From the NCBI GenBank assembly GCA_000388065.2, contig KB932209.1: 64,000 bases of DNA, one strand, 5' to 3'. Positions 37,608 through 50,685 of the stretch are shown here, one piece after another. This DNA is from Fonticula alba ATCC 38817. Its lineage: Eukaryota; Protista; Nucleariida. Made by a program: the position numbers and the translations under genes. Every line of letters starts with the position of its first letter. The first letter of the stretch is position 1. The notes beneath the pieces are model-generated. The model ran no database searches, was not told the DNA's origin, and saw nothing but the letters and a program-made list of their open reading frames with translations.

Positions 37608-40600
37608 GGGGGGGGCCCCCCGGGCTCCCACGCCCCCCCCCCCCCCCCCCCCCGGCAGGCTTGGGTGCCTCTGGTGGCCGACATTGTCTCCAGCCATCAC
37701 ACCCCCGAGATGGTTGAGGCCATCCAGCAGGCCACCCAAACAATCACGAAGGATCTCCTGGTGCCGCGCTTCTCCGGGAGGATCGCTTTCCAGCCGGACC
37801 TCGAGTGCGTCGCAGCCATCGGCGGCGCGCTGCCTTCTTGGCCCAACGGCGACGCCACGGGCCTGGTCATCGCCCTGGCCGAGCCGCGCTTCACGACCGC
37901 CTGCGATCGGGTCCGCGCTTCGTTGTTCTCCATGACCGTGTGCCAGACGGATCGGTACTACCGGTGCGCCTGCCGGGATGCCCCCCCCCCCCCCCCCGGA
38001 TCGACGGCCCCCCCCCCGCCCCCCTCCCCCCCGCGGCGCGACCAAACCCCCCCCCCCCCCCCCCCCCCTCCCCGCCCCCTCTGCGCCCCACTCACGCAGG
38101 CCACTGGTCATCTTGCTGTCGGTATGCGCACCGGTGGAGGACCTCCTCGCTGCGAAGGAGGGAGCCCTGGACCCGGTGGCCCGGACGGCCCTGCAGCACG
38201 AACTGGTCCACGCCATGGGCTTCAGCGGGCAGTATGTGCCCAACTGGCAGGACGAGCTGCCCGAGACCCCGGGCCCGAAGGTGGCCCAGGTGTCGGTCAC
38301 CTCGCACGGGCTGCGGCGCTTCCACTTGCACAGCCCGGCGCTGGCTCGCCGCGTGGGCCAGCACTATGGCTGCCCCTCCAAGACGGATGTCCTGCTGGAG
38401 GACGCGGACTTCGGGGCCGAGGCGGAAAGCCTGCCGGCCGGGCCGCTGGAGCTGACTCGGCAGCATGCCCTGCATCTGGAGGCCCGGCACCTGGCCGACG
38501 AGCTGATGTCGGCGGCGCCCATTGACGCCGGACACATGCTGCGGTATGGGCCCCGGGTGACGGCCGTCACGCTCGGGGCCCTGGAGGCCACCGGGTACTA
38601 CCGGTCCACGCACTGGGCCGCCGGGCGCCAAAATGTCGGGACCATCCCGCACTCGGAGCTGGGTCAGTATGGCCGGTGGGTGGGCTGCTCCACGGAGCTG
38701 GCCTACTGCGTGGACTTCCTCTCCGGCGAGGTGCCCTTCCAGCGGCCGGCCGGCGAGGCGCCGCAGCTGTGCTCCCGGGTGCAGGCGGCCAGCAAGTTCA
38801 CCGGCTGCTCGCCGGACTTCCGATCGGTGGCCCTCTGCTCGCGGGTCGAATACGAGCAGCCCATCCGCCCGGCCGCCCATCGGTACTGGGGCGGAGGCGT
38901 CAACATGCAGGGGGCCTGGCAGCCGGATGACTCGTCGCCGCTGGCCCGCCTGGGCGGGGCTCGCCCGGAGCGAGACTACTGCCCGGTGCTGGAGGTGGCC
39001 CGGCATTGCGCCGGGTCCTGGCCCGGCCCGGAGCTGGCCTCCACCGCCGAGGTGTGGGCCGACTCGCAGCTCTGGGCCCTGCCCACGGACCACACGGCCC
39101 CCGGGGAGTCGAGCATCCCGCATGGGGCCGAGCCGGCCTGCTTCGAGACCACCATCGCCTTTGGGATGACCGCGCCGCCGGCCAAGCTGGAGAGCTTCGG
39201 CCGCGCCGGGTGCTTCATGCGCCGGTGCCGGCGCGACCCGGCCACCCGGCGCCTGTATTTGGAGGTGGCCCTGCCGGTGCAGTCGGGCCTGGCCCCCGAG
39301 GCGCCGGACTACTTCGAGCCGTACATCTTCCGCGGGACCTGCCGCGACTCGAGGCAGGCTCTGCATGTGCCCTTCTACGGGGCGGCCATCGTGTGCCCGG
39401 ACCCGGCGCGTGCCTGCGAAGGGGCCTACATCTTTGATGACGACCCGCCGCCGCCGCTGCCCACGCCGGAGCCGACCCCCGAGCCGACCCCCGAGCCCAC
39501 GCCGGAGCCCACGCCGGAGCCCACGCCGGAGCCCACGCCCGAGCCGACCCCCACCCCGACATTCAGGCCTACACCGAGGCCCTCGCCCACGCCGGGCGCC
39601 GGGTCCGAGGAGCCGGCCTCTGGCGGCCTGCTCTCGAGCCCGATCTTCCTCGGGTCGGCGCTCGGGGTGGCCTGCCTTGTGGTGGCCGTGGCCGGGGCCA
39701 CCGGGCTCAAGGTGTACCACGGGCACCGGCGGATGGCGGCCACCCGGGGCGCCGCCGGCGTCGATGTCGGCCCCTCCCACCCCCCGCCCGGGGGACCCGG
39801 GGCCGGTGGCCGGCACATCGATCTCGAGGCGGCCAGCCCGGCCGCCGGCCGGCATGCCGCCAGCACCAGCATCAATGGCGAGCCGCCGAGCTCGGTCGAT
39901 GATGACAATGTGTACTGCTACTCCTTCGGCGGGGCCACCTTCCAGTATGTCGGGGTGTCCGGCGGCCGGGGCAAGCGCATGGCCGGGGCCGATCGCAAGG
40001 CCACGGCCGGCGGCCCGGCCGCCGGGGCCATCCTCTCCTCGGAGCCGCACACCGATGAGCCCCGGGGCCCGGCGGATGCCGGGTCCTTCCGGCCGGTGCC
40101 CAGCCAGGCCGGCCTGCCGCCGCACGATTACCCCGGCTTCATGCCGGGGGCCTACCGGGCCATGGACTGCCCCGGCACCCCGGGGTCCGAGTACTCCAGC
40201 AGCAACTTCAGTGCCGACACGCCGCGCAGTACCACCGCCCTGCTGGACCGGAGCACCTTCCCCGACACCGAGGACGAGATCGAGCCCAAGCACTTCCATG
40301 CGCTTGACCTGCTCCGGGGGGCCCCCTTCCCGGCCGGCGGGCTCCATGGCCATGCCCCGGATGACAATGACACCGGCGGCCTGACCGATTCCGATGACGA
40401 CCTGGGCCCGGGGCCCGGCCGCCGCAAGCACGGGGTCCTCGGCTTCTCGACCCTAGACCCCGGCACCCGGACCGTGGGGATGTTCCACCTGCCGGGCCCG
40501 GCCGGGCCCGACTCCCGGCAGCACACCGTGGCGGCCCTGTCCCAGCGCCGGTTGAGCTTCCAGCAGCAGGGGTACTGCGCCGATGAGGAGGACGGCGGTT

Positions 40601-41862
40601 TCGACAGCGACCTCGAGTCCACGTGGAATCTGCACTCCCGGGCGGCTGGCCGCCGGGACAGCGGCACTCACCTCCTGGAGCGTGGGACCCCCGGGGGACA
40701 GCATGGCGGCCCGCACCGGCCCGCGGCCGCCACCATCCCCAGCTACGGCGGCAACCACTCCTCGGTGCCCATCATCCAGGCCCAGTCGTCCTTGGCCGCG
40801 GCCTCGCCGTGCCCAGTGCCAGGACTGCGGCCCACCGCGGCCGGGCCCCCGCACAAGGAGGCGCTGGCCCTGTCTTTCAGCTTCATTTCCAACAGCTCGG
40901 ACAGTGACTCCGACTCCGAGCCCGAGGAGGACACCCTGCAGGGCAGCACCGGACCCGGGTACTCTGCCTCCTGGGCCGAGGGCGGCCCTTGCGGCATGGT
41001 GGTCCCGGTCCCGGGGCTGGTGTCCTACCGGCGCCAGGCCGCCCTGGTGCCGCACCACGGCGGGCACTTCCCCCTGTCCCCGGGGCAGTCGGCCAGCGAG
41101 GAGTGCTCTCGCAGCCCCAGCCCCTCGGAGGACTTCGTGGATCCGCATGCCCTGGCCAAGATGGCGGCCCTTGGCCGGCCGCCGCTGCCCCCGCGCGGCA
41201 TGGCCGGGCGCCGGTCCGGCACCGGCACCGTCCTCCCGGCCGGGCCCCATACCCCGGCCACCGAGGCCGGCTCCTCGGGGGCTTCCTCGGCCGGGTCCGC
41301 CTCCTCCTCCTCCTCCTCGGATGAGGAGTCGCTCGCGCTGTCGGCCGCGCCCGGGCGCCTGCTGGGCAATCCCCTGACCGAGGTGTGCCTCATCGACGCT
41401 CCCTCCGGCGGGTCGGTCATTTCGCGCTTCCTGGCCACCGGGGCCGATGCCGTGGTGGTTGGCCCGCGTAAGCGCCTGGCCGAGGACGGCCACACCTCCC
41501 CGGACCAGGCCTCCAAGAAGATCTTCACCCCGCGCGGTGGTCCCTCCGCCCCGGGGTGCTATGTCCTGGCCCAGGACGACCAGCCGGTGCCGCCAGTGAT
41601 CCCGGCCCCGGAGCTGGATCCCGCCGCCGCGGCCGCCGCGAGCGCCTGCCCGCCCGCGGAGCTGGTCCAAGTGGACAAGGATTTCTGGCTCCGACTCAAT
41701 GCCAACATCGAGCGCGGCCCCAGTCACGATGACTGCCCGGCGCCGCTCCTCCAGCCGACCGATGTCTTCGGCCAGCTGGGCGTCAACTTCCAGCACTTCC
41801 TCGGCGTCACCGAGGCCGACATGGATGACGGCCTCGGCGAGGTCCTCGAGGACCTCGGATAG
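37137..41862 (+). CDS. Leishmanolysin/GP63 (peptidase M8)-like zinc metalloprotease with signal peptide, P/T-rich stalk, transmembrane helix and long cytoplasmic tail (exons about 37137-37343, 37659-37963, 38100-41862)
   Basis: Signal peptide PLLAFLWLVLTATA and propeptide HTCAH (compare GP63 HRCIHD). Catalytic HELVHAMGF at 38197-38211, third-ligand HLEAR, Met-turn ELMS, VTAVTLGALEATGYY, ERDYCPV and Cys-rich C-terminal domains. TM IFLGSALGVACLVVAVAGATGL at about 39643-39708. Confidence 0.88.
39460..39558 (+). repeat. Coding 12-bp repeat encoding (PTPE)x7 stalk
   Basis: CCCACGCCGGAG/CCGACCCCCGAG tandem units in frame within the metalloprotease. Confidence 0.9.
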
Positions 41863-42614
41863 CCCACACCCCCCACATGGAGTGCGGAGTCCCGCTGGAG
41901 GCCGAGAGAGGACCTACCGACGAGAGGCGGGCGTGCATCGGGGGGGGGGAGGGGGGCGGCGGCGGCGAGGCCCGGACTTCGCGCGCGCCCCCCTCCCCCT
42001 TCAGAGACTCCTTCGCTCCTGCCAGTTTGCAAACACCATTAGCCCTTGAGAATAGTCCTTGTGAAATATACTTTACTTTCGAAATAGCCCTCTGCTTTGC
42101 GCCTTCCGCTCGCGCTCCTAGCCCACAGGGGAGGGTGCCAATGGGTCGCGGCCGTTGCAATACATCGTGGTGCCAATGCACCGGGCTCTGTGCCAGCAGC
42201 CATGTGCCTACTCTTGAGCTCGGGGCTTGCGTGTGTGTGTGTGTGTGCGCTCCTTTTCCCTGTCTGCGGCCGCGGTTGCAGCACGCCCCTCTGCTCCGGT
42301 AGCCGGGTCACGGAGAGAGAGGGGGGGGGGGGGCCGGGGGGTCGTGGTGTGTAATAGGCCCGGAGCTGCTCTGCTGATTTCGTCGGCTTTTCCGAGAGCG
42401 ACAAGCGGCCCGTACTAGACACCGACCTCCACATGTCCCCCCCCTCCCCTCCACCCCGTCTTGTGTCTTCTCCGTCACCGAATTTCCCATCCCCTCTTTC
42501 GCTCCCTGGCCCCCTCTCTCGACCCGCCCCTCCGCGCCTCCCCCTCCCCCCCTCCTCTTTCCCCTCCGCCCCCTCCCTCTCCCCCTCCCTCCTCTCGAAC
42601 TCTCCCTCGTCGCC

Positions 42615-43075
42615 ATGGAGGGCGATCACTCGCTCGGGCCGGCCGGCGGCCGACCCGGCGGCACCAGCGCCCAGCGCGACAGCCGCCAGGGCAAGGTTCG
42701 CATTATCCACGCCTGCTCCGCCGTGTGGCCCTTCTCCCCCTCACCCGTCCATGTGCCTTCCCCATCTCCCCCGCCCCCCCTCCCCCGGTCCAGGTTCGGG
42801 ACAAGCGCGCTGCCGCGGTCCAGACCACTGCCGAGCAGCTCATCCGCGAATCCTACGAGCATCGCGAGGTCCCGTCCAAGCCGCCGCGTCAGGAAATCGC
42901 CGACGAGGACGAGCTGAAGGAGTATCAGTGCGTGAGGATGTCATCTTGCGCCGAGTCGCGGTCGGGGGCTCCTGTCGCCTGGCACCGCGCCCACTTACTG
43001 ACTGGGTCCCTTGCCTCCGCCCCCCCCCCCCCCCCCCCCCCCCCCCTTTCCAGTCACCTTGCCCCCCCCCATGCC

Positions 43076-43109
<34 letters not shown>

Positions 43110-46100
43110 CCCCACGCCTTCGTGCGACCCTCAGGAGCCGCAAGCGCACTGCCTTCGAGAATAATATCCGCCGGTCTCGGCAGACCGTGTCCAACTACAC
43201 GAAGTATGCCAAGTGGGAGCAGAACCAGGGCGAGCTGGAGCGGTGCGTTGTCCCTTGTCATCCCGCCTCTGTGTCTGTGTGTGTGTGTGTGTCTGTGTGC
43301 GCGCGCATGCGCTTGCTCGCTGTCGTTGCCACCGCCAGCTCTTCCTTCTTTTTTCTTTCCCCTCCCCAGCGAGGGCCTTTCATCGACTGCTGACCACGGC
43401 TCCCCCCCCCCCTCCCATGGGGCTGGCTTGCATGAATCGTCCCTCGGACCACAGGGCCCGGTCCATCTATGAGCGCGCCATCCAGTCGATCCCCAACAGC
43501 CCGCAGGTGTACATCAACTACACGGAGTTCGAGATGGTCCACTCGAATGTGAACCTGGCGCGGAACATCTTCGACCGGGCGGTCACGCACCTGCCGCGCG
43601 AGGATTCGCTCTGGTACAAGTATGTGTACATGGAGCAGAAGCTCGGGTCCATTCCCAACGCGCGCGAGGTGTTTGAGCGGTGGATGGGTGCGTGCTGTGT
43701 GCGGTGCCGAGCCACAACCATCAAACTGCTTGATGCCTCGGTGTCCCTTTCTCGTCTCGCCCTTTCGCCGGCGCGTGATGCATCCATTCTGACCCCCTCC
43801 CGGGATGTGCTTCCCCCTCGGCCTCGGTGTAGAATGGCAGCCGGATGAGGCGGCCTGGAACAGCTACATCAACATGGAGCAGTCCTACCGGGAATATGAT
43901 CGCGTCCGGGCCATCTACCAGAAGTGTGCGTTTGCCCCCTTCGACCCTGTCGCCGTTGTTCTTTGCCTGTTTCCGGGCTGCCCCCCTGCATGTCCTCCTC
44001 TCCGCCCCTCACCTGTTCACCCCCCCCCCCCCCCCGGGCCTGCAGTTGTCAAGGCCCATCCCCAGGCGCAAACTTGGATCCAGTGGGCCAAGTTCGAGGA
44101 GACCATCCAGCGAAGTGTCAGTGCGTTGCCATCTCTCGCTCTTTCCTCCCCCCCCCCCTCTCTCTCCCTCTCTTTCTGTCTCACTTTGTCTCCATCGCAA
44201 CAAGCATCCATATATCCAGCCTCCCGCCGTCCCTGACACACTCCCACCTCCCCCGCTGATGCTCCCGGCAGAGCGCGCGCGTCAGGTCTTCGAGACGGCC
44301 ATCGAGTACCTGAGCGACTACCCGGATGTGCAGCTGTTCACGGCTTTCGCCAAGTTTGAGACCCGCCTGCACGAGTTCGACCGGGCACGCATCATCTACA
44401 AGTTCGCCCTGGACAAGTTTCCCAAGAGCTCGGCGCCCGGGCTATTTGACGAGTACACCCGGTTCGAGAAGCAGTTCGCCTCCAAGGAGGACATCGACCG
44501 TGTCCTGTATGAGAAGCGCCAGCTGGAGTATGAGGATGTGCGTGCTGCCCCTTCTCCGCCGCCTGGGCCTTCGGCTTGTTGCCCTCCCTCTACGCACGCA
44601 CGCACGCACGCATGCACTGACCTCTGCCTCTTCGTCGACCTGTCTCGCGGCGTGACCCGCAGGAGCTCCTCAAGAACCCTGACGACTTGAACACCTGGTT
44701 CGAGTATCTTCGTCTGGAGGAGTCGTACGGTGATGCGGCAGCCATCCGCAATTTGTATGAGCGCGCCATTGCTCAGGTCCCCCCGGCCGATGTACGTCCC
44801 CGCTGGCGGCGTCTTTCTTCTTTTTTTCTCTTTTCCTTTCGCGCATGCGTGCGCACACATGCATGTGTATCCCGTGCCTTTGGTCCACCCACTGACTCGC
44901 CCCCCCCCCCCCCCCCCCCCCCCCTCTCCCCTTCCCTGGTCTCGCACACACCCGCTCGGACACTCGCCGATCCTTCCGCCAATGGCAGGAGAAGCGCCTT
45001 TGGCGGCGGTACATCTACTTGTGGATCCGGTACGCCCTCTTCGAGGAGGTGGATGCGCAGGACTTCGAGCGCACGCGGGCCGTGTACTTGGCAGCCCTGT
45101 CGCTTGTGCCGCACCAACGCTTCACCTTCGCCAAGCTGTGGCTGCTGTATGCCAAGTTCGAGATCCGCCGGGGGAATCTGTCCGCCGCGCGGAAAGCCCT
45201 GGGCAAGGCCATTGGTGTGGCGCCGAAGCCGCGCCTGTTCAAGGGCTACATCGACATCGAAATGGAGGTGCGTCGCTGGGAGTGCTGCTCGCCTTCGTCC
45301 CGCCGCGATCCCCCCCCCATCTCTATCCCCCCCCCCCCCCTCGTGGCAGCCCCTGCTGACTCATCCTCCTTCTTCCTCGCTTCTCACCTGCTTTTCCCCC
45401 CCCCCCCCTCTCTCTCGCCCTTTGCTCCATTCCCGAATGCAGCTGCGCGAGTTCTCCCGCTGCCGCATCCTCTTCGAGAAGTACCTCGAGCACTTCCCCA
45501 CCTTGACGTCGGCGTGGATCCGCTTCGCCGAGATGGAGCGTGCCCTGGGCGAGGAGGAGCGGGCGCGGGTGCTGTGCGATTTTGCGCTGGCCCAGGAGGC
45601 CGGCCTCGACGCTCCGGAGCAGCTGTGGCGGTCGTACATCGCCGCCGAGGCGGAGGATGGCGAGTATGACCGGGCTCGGGCGCTGTACGAGCGCCTGCTC
45701 CAGGCCGGCGGCCGGCACAGTCTGCGAGTGTGGCTGTCGTATGCCGAGATGGAGGTGTCCTTCGCGCAGGAGCTGGCCGATGCCGAGCCGGCCGAGAGCG
45801 CCGAGTGCCTGGCTCGGGCGCGGGCCCTCTACAAGCGGGCCGACCGTGCCCTGGCCGAGGAGGTCCAGGCCCTGCAGGCCATGGACCCGGACCTGCCGGA
45901 AAGCGATCCCGCCCTGTCGGGCCTGGTGGACACGCGCGTGGTGCTGTACACCTCGTGGCGGCGCTTTGAGGCCCAGTGGGGCGATGCCGAGTCGCGCCAG
46001 CGCCTGAACGCTTGGCTTCCGCGTCGGCACAAGAAGCGCCGCCGGGTGGAGGCCGCCGAGACCGACGGGTCGGCCCTCTACGAGGAGTATTATTCGTATG

Positions 46101-46429
46101 TCTTCCCGCTGGATGCCGAGGTGGCGGCCGAGGAGGCCTTGCGGTCTGGAGCCGCCAGCCGCCAGGCGTCCGACGCGCGCCTCCTGCAGCTGGCCAACCT
46201 CCTGGGGGACGACGACAGCGACGATGAGGATGATGATCTCCCTCTTGAGGATTTGGGTGCGCTGCTGGGCCATGGCGGCCCGGCGGCCGCCACCGCCGGG
46301 AGCCCCGGGGCCGACAGCCCGGACGACGATGCCCCCGGGACTGGCCGCGCCTCCAGTGAAGAGGCCGATGCCGGATCGCCTGCCGCAAGCTCCTCCGCCA
46401 ACGCCAGTGGCGACGACGGGTCGGCCTGA
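42615..46429 (+). CDS. CRNKL1: Crooked-neck / CLF1 / SYF3 pre-mRNA splicing factor (HAT repeats, about 10 exons)
   Basis: [30 protein letters not shown]|..[86 protein letters not shown] and C-terminal [18 protein letters not shown]. Confidence 0.95.
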
Positions 46430-47528
46430 GACACGCCTGTTGTGCCTGGGTTTGTCACACGGTTTGCGCGGGCCGGCGGCGAGGGGGAGGGGGGGGGGCG
46501 AGCACCGGCCTCCCCTCTCGAACGGGGCCGCCTCTCCCCCGCCCCCCCCCNNNNNNNNNNNNNNNNNNNNNNNNNNNNNNNNNNNNNNNNNNNNNNNNNN
46601 NNNNNNNNNNNNNNNNNNNNNNNNNNNNNNNNNNNNNNNNNNNNNNNNNNNNNNNNNNNNNNNNNNNNNNNNNNNNNNNNNNNNNNNNNNNNNNNNNNNN
46701 NNNNNNNNNNNNNNNNNNNNNNNNNNNNNNNNNNNNNNNNNNNNNNNNNNNNNNNNNNNNNNNNNNNNNNNNNNNNNNNNNNNNNNNNNNNNNNNNNNNN
46801 NNNNNNNNNNNNNNNNNNNNNNNNNNNNNNNNNNNNNNNNNNNNNNNNNNNNNNNNNNNNNNNNNNNNNNNNNNNNNNNNNNNNNNNNNNNNNNNNNNNN
46901 NNNNNNNNNNNNNNNNNNNNNNNNNNNNNNNNNNNNNNNNNNNNNGAAACATGGCGATCCGAGGGGCCGCCAGGGCGGTTGCCGAGCGCCCCCCGGGCCG
47001 GGCGGGGGGGGGGGGAAACCGCTTCGCGGCTAGTCAACAGAGGCAGCGGGCGCTCCTGTGAGACTAAACTCGAAACAAACACACAAACAGACAGTCACCT
47101 AGGGGCGCCTGCCTCAAGCGGATCCGCCGTACACCGGCGCTACATGGGGCGCCTTTGGGCACACAGCTACCCGAGGATCTCTTGCACCTTCCACGCACAC
47201 ACGCCCCTTCTAATTTGCTTGCGCCTGGCCCCGTGCCTCCTTTGTCCCCCTGTGTCCTGCGCCTCTCGGCCTCCCTCCCGCGCACATATGACACCCTACC
47301 ACGGGGCGCGCGAGGCGCCAGATTCCCTTGCCCATGCTCCCTCCGAAGTCGCCTCCCCAGGCCGGTTCGTTGCCCCCCCCCCCCCCCCCCCCGCCCCCGC
47401 CCTCTGCCTCGCTGCTCTATTCCTGAAAGACGGATGCCATCCTATGTACAGGGAAGATCTCGCAACTGACACCCCCCTCTGTCCTTTCTCCCCTCTCTAT
47501 CTCCCCCGATGGGAACTGTGCGGGCAAT

Positions 47529-49904
47529 TTGCCAAGCCCTCTGCCGGCTGGCAATGTCGGGGACGCCGGCGCCGGGACCCCCCTCCAGGCGGCAAAAGTC
47601 GATGCCAGCTCTCAGTCCGCTGCCCAGCACATGCCAGAGATGCGGCAACCGGCGGTCGGCCTAAACTTTGGCCCATCGGTCCCCCCGTTGGGACAGGCTG
47701 CCAGTCCCAGGCTTCCCGGCCATGGGTCCCTAAATGCGGGTCCATCGGCCAGCCCGCTGCCCGCATCTCAGCATCCGCCGGAGCCTCTGCCCGGCATGGC
47801 GACGGCGGCGCAGCTCCACCAGCAGCAGCTCCAGCAGCTTCAACTCCAGCAGCTTCAGCTCCAGCAGCTTCAGCTCCAGCAGCAGATTCAGCTCCAGCAG
47901 CAGCAAATGCAGCAGGGCCAGCGCTCGTCGCACTTGGAAATGGCCCACAGGGGCTCCGACCCGGGAGGCGACCTGCTCCCACACCAGACACCGGAATCGA
48001 CGATGCTGCTCGGCTCGGGGCAGGCCTTCCCGGGCGCGCCGTATGGCGCTCCTGGAGCCGGGCTCCCCTTTGCCCCGGCGACGGCCATGATGAATCCCGC
48101 CACCATGGCGGCCATGATGAACCCCGCGGCCATGGCGGCCATGGGGGCCTTCGGGGCTCTGGGCCCAGCGGCGGCCATGTCTTCGCTCATGTCCATGTGG
48201 GGCTTTCCGCCGCCGCCGTCGTCGTCGTCGGGGCCGCTTGGCTCGGGGCTGAGGCCGGGGCCGTTTACTGCCCCGGGCCCCGGGCCGCATTCCAACTCAC
48301 TGCCCCCGGCGGCTCCCTATGCGTCGGGGATGACGGAGCCAGGCTCGGAGGCCGTGTCTTCCGCCTTGTTGCCGGAGCCGACGCACTTCTGGCCCGAGGA
48401 TGACAAGCTGGCGACCACGATGGGCCAGCGCGTGGACCCGGTGAAGAAGTCCGACTCGCACACGGGGCCGGATCTGTCGCCGAGACGTAAGCCCGGGCCT
48501 CGGCCTCGCTCGGAGCTCCTTGCCCGCAAGATTTCCATTACGCGGCCGGCGCGCACGATCGCCGTGTCGCCGGGCCTGTCAGTGACCCTGCGGCCGGAGG
48601 GGAGCCCCCTCGGGTCCGAGTCCATCTCCGCCGAGGGGACTGGCAAGTCGTCCAGTTCGGTGATCTCGTCGGCGCCGGCTTCCGAGCCCGGCGGCGACCC
48701 GGCCGGTGGCCGTGACAATCCCCCCGAAACGCCCGGCCGCGGTGGCGGCATTGGCGTCCAGCCATTTCCGATAAAGTTCCGGGTGAATCCCATCGGCCTG
48801 CCGGGCGCCGGTCCGCGAGACGTGAATGTAGCCCCGGCGGCCGGGTCAACCAAGGTGATTACCGCGGCCTCGGCCGGGGCGTCACCCCTCATCACCGCCA
48901 CCTCGGCCGGGGCCAATCCCCTGGGGCTGATTACGGCAGCCACAGCCGGGGCCGGCCCCTTCCAGCCCCTGGAGCCGCTGGCGAGGCCGCACAAGACCCA
49001 TACCGCGAAGCCCGCATCTTGGGCCTCGCAGGTATACTCGTCTCTCCATCCTACCCCTGCCTTCTGCTCTCGCCATTTCGCCCCCCCCCCCCCCCCCCCC
49101 GCCGGCCGGCCCTCTCCCTGGGCGGCAGCGCCCCGCCGAAGGGGCCAGTGTCCGTCTCACGAGCCGCGACGCTGCGCCTGCCCGCCCGCCCGCCCGCCTG
49201 TGCCGCAGCACGGCCCGCCCCATGCCGGCAGCGTGTGCGTGTCGCCTCCCCGAGGTGCGCCTCGCTCTGATGCCTGGGGCGGAGCTGGCCTGAGGGGGCC
49301 TGCCCGGGTGGCACCCGGGCCAGGGGGATGCCCGGCGCGCGGCAGGCATTTCCAAGACTGGCGGCATGTCCGGTGTTATTGTCTGCCACCCGGCGCAACA
49401 TGCGGCCACCCCCGGATCCGGCCGGCGGCCCCGGCCCCATGCCCGGGACCGCGGTCGGCGCCGCCACAGGGTCCATGCTGGACCCGGTCTCCGGACTGCT
49501 GCTGGTGCTGCCACTCGCCTGCTCACACGGGCTGGCCATCGCCCCCGGGCGCGCGTCTCCATCGCCTCCGAGCTGCCGAAGCCTCGTTGTCTGAGGCGCC
49601 AGGCCACGCCTCGGGACCCGCGCACGGCCATAGCCAGCACCGCGGGGTCGAACTCCCGGCCCCGAGCGCCAGGCCCCCGGGGCCGAGTGCTTGACCTGCG
49701 CCCGTTGCCGCCCGCTGCGGGCGCTCCGGCCTCCGGCGTCGCGCTTGGCCCACCTTGGGTGTCCTCCGGCCGGCCAGCCTGCCCGAGTCGCGGGCGAGCC
49801 CCCGGGCCTGGGCGTGGCCGCGACTCGCCCCGGGAAGGCACGCCCATGCACATGCCCCTTTCGCCGCCCGGCGCCGTCAGTCGTGCATCCGCCCGGCCAG
49901 CCAT

Positions 49905-49961
<57 letters not shown>

Positions 49962-49970
49962 CACACGCAC

Positions 49971-50022
<52 letters not shown>

Positions 50023-50480
50023 TGCCTCACTTGGCTGCTCGGGGCACAGCAAGCCGCGCCCTCCCGCCCGCCCGGCCCCTCGGCGGACAGCAACACACAT
50101 CCCCCCCAGCCGCCTGCTCCACTGTTGGTGGGACACGGCCCCCGCTGCTCCCCCGGCCCGTGACACCGGGCAGGCCGAGCGCTGCATCCGCCGGCCAAGT
50201 GCCGTGCGCGATCAGATGTCCGGGCTGGCGCCGAGCCTGCCCCCGGCAGCTGGCCAGCCCCCCTTGCGACAGACNNNNNNNNNNCCCCCCCCCCCGTGCC
50301 GCAGGCCGGCCCTCTCGCGCCGGCCGTGCATCGTCCCTCCTCCTCCTCCTACTCGCCCATCTGCCTCCCTCTTTGCCGCCTCTCCTGCCCTTTACCACCT
50401 CGTGCATTTGCCCCCTCGCCGTGCTCGTCGACGACGAACAGATATTAACCTTGCTGGCTGATTATGCGCTCGTCTTATGA
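47529..50480 (+). CDS. Low-complexity Pro/Ser/Gln-rich protein segment (multi-exon); possibly the 5' part of the downstream ZFC3H1-like gene
   Basis: About 500 aa of coding-like ORF (47529-49030, ending at the donor CAG|GTATAC) with polyQ and MMNPA repeats. Further putative exons at about 49.2-49.8 kb, 50.16 kb and 50.44 kb. Start, end and link to the next gene are unresolved. Confidence 0.5.
47811..47916 (+). repeat. Coding Gln/Leu repeat (CAGCAGCTTCAGCTC-type) encoding QQQLQQLQLQQLQLQQLQLQQQIQLQQQQMQQ
   Basis: Read directly in ORF 47529-49694. Confidence 0.85.
49906..50019. repeat. Compound microsatellite (GCAC)n(CA)n
   Basis: Read directly. Similar CA/GT tracts occur in many introns and intergenic regions. 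Confidence 0.95.
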
Positions 50481-50685
50481 CCCTCCATGTGTCCGATGAT
50501 ACCTTTACACAACGGCCCTGGCCGAAAAAAAAACGGAACAAAAAACCCCGAACCAACCAACAACCCACCCAACCCCCACGGAACCAACGAACGAACAAAC
50601 AACCTCGATCCCAAAAAAAAAAAAAACACGCACACACGCGAAAATGTGCCAACGCGCACCCGCGCCCTCGCGTGCCCACTCAACC

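Noticed and set aside
37527-37657. Quasi-palindromic C/G-run block in the protease intron
   Set aside because: Low complexity and probably low-quality base calls; no specific stem can be supported.
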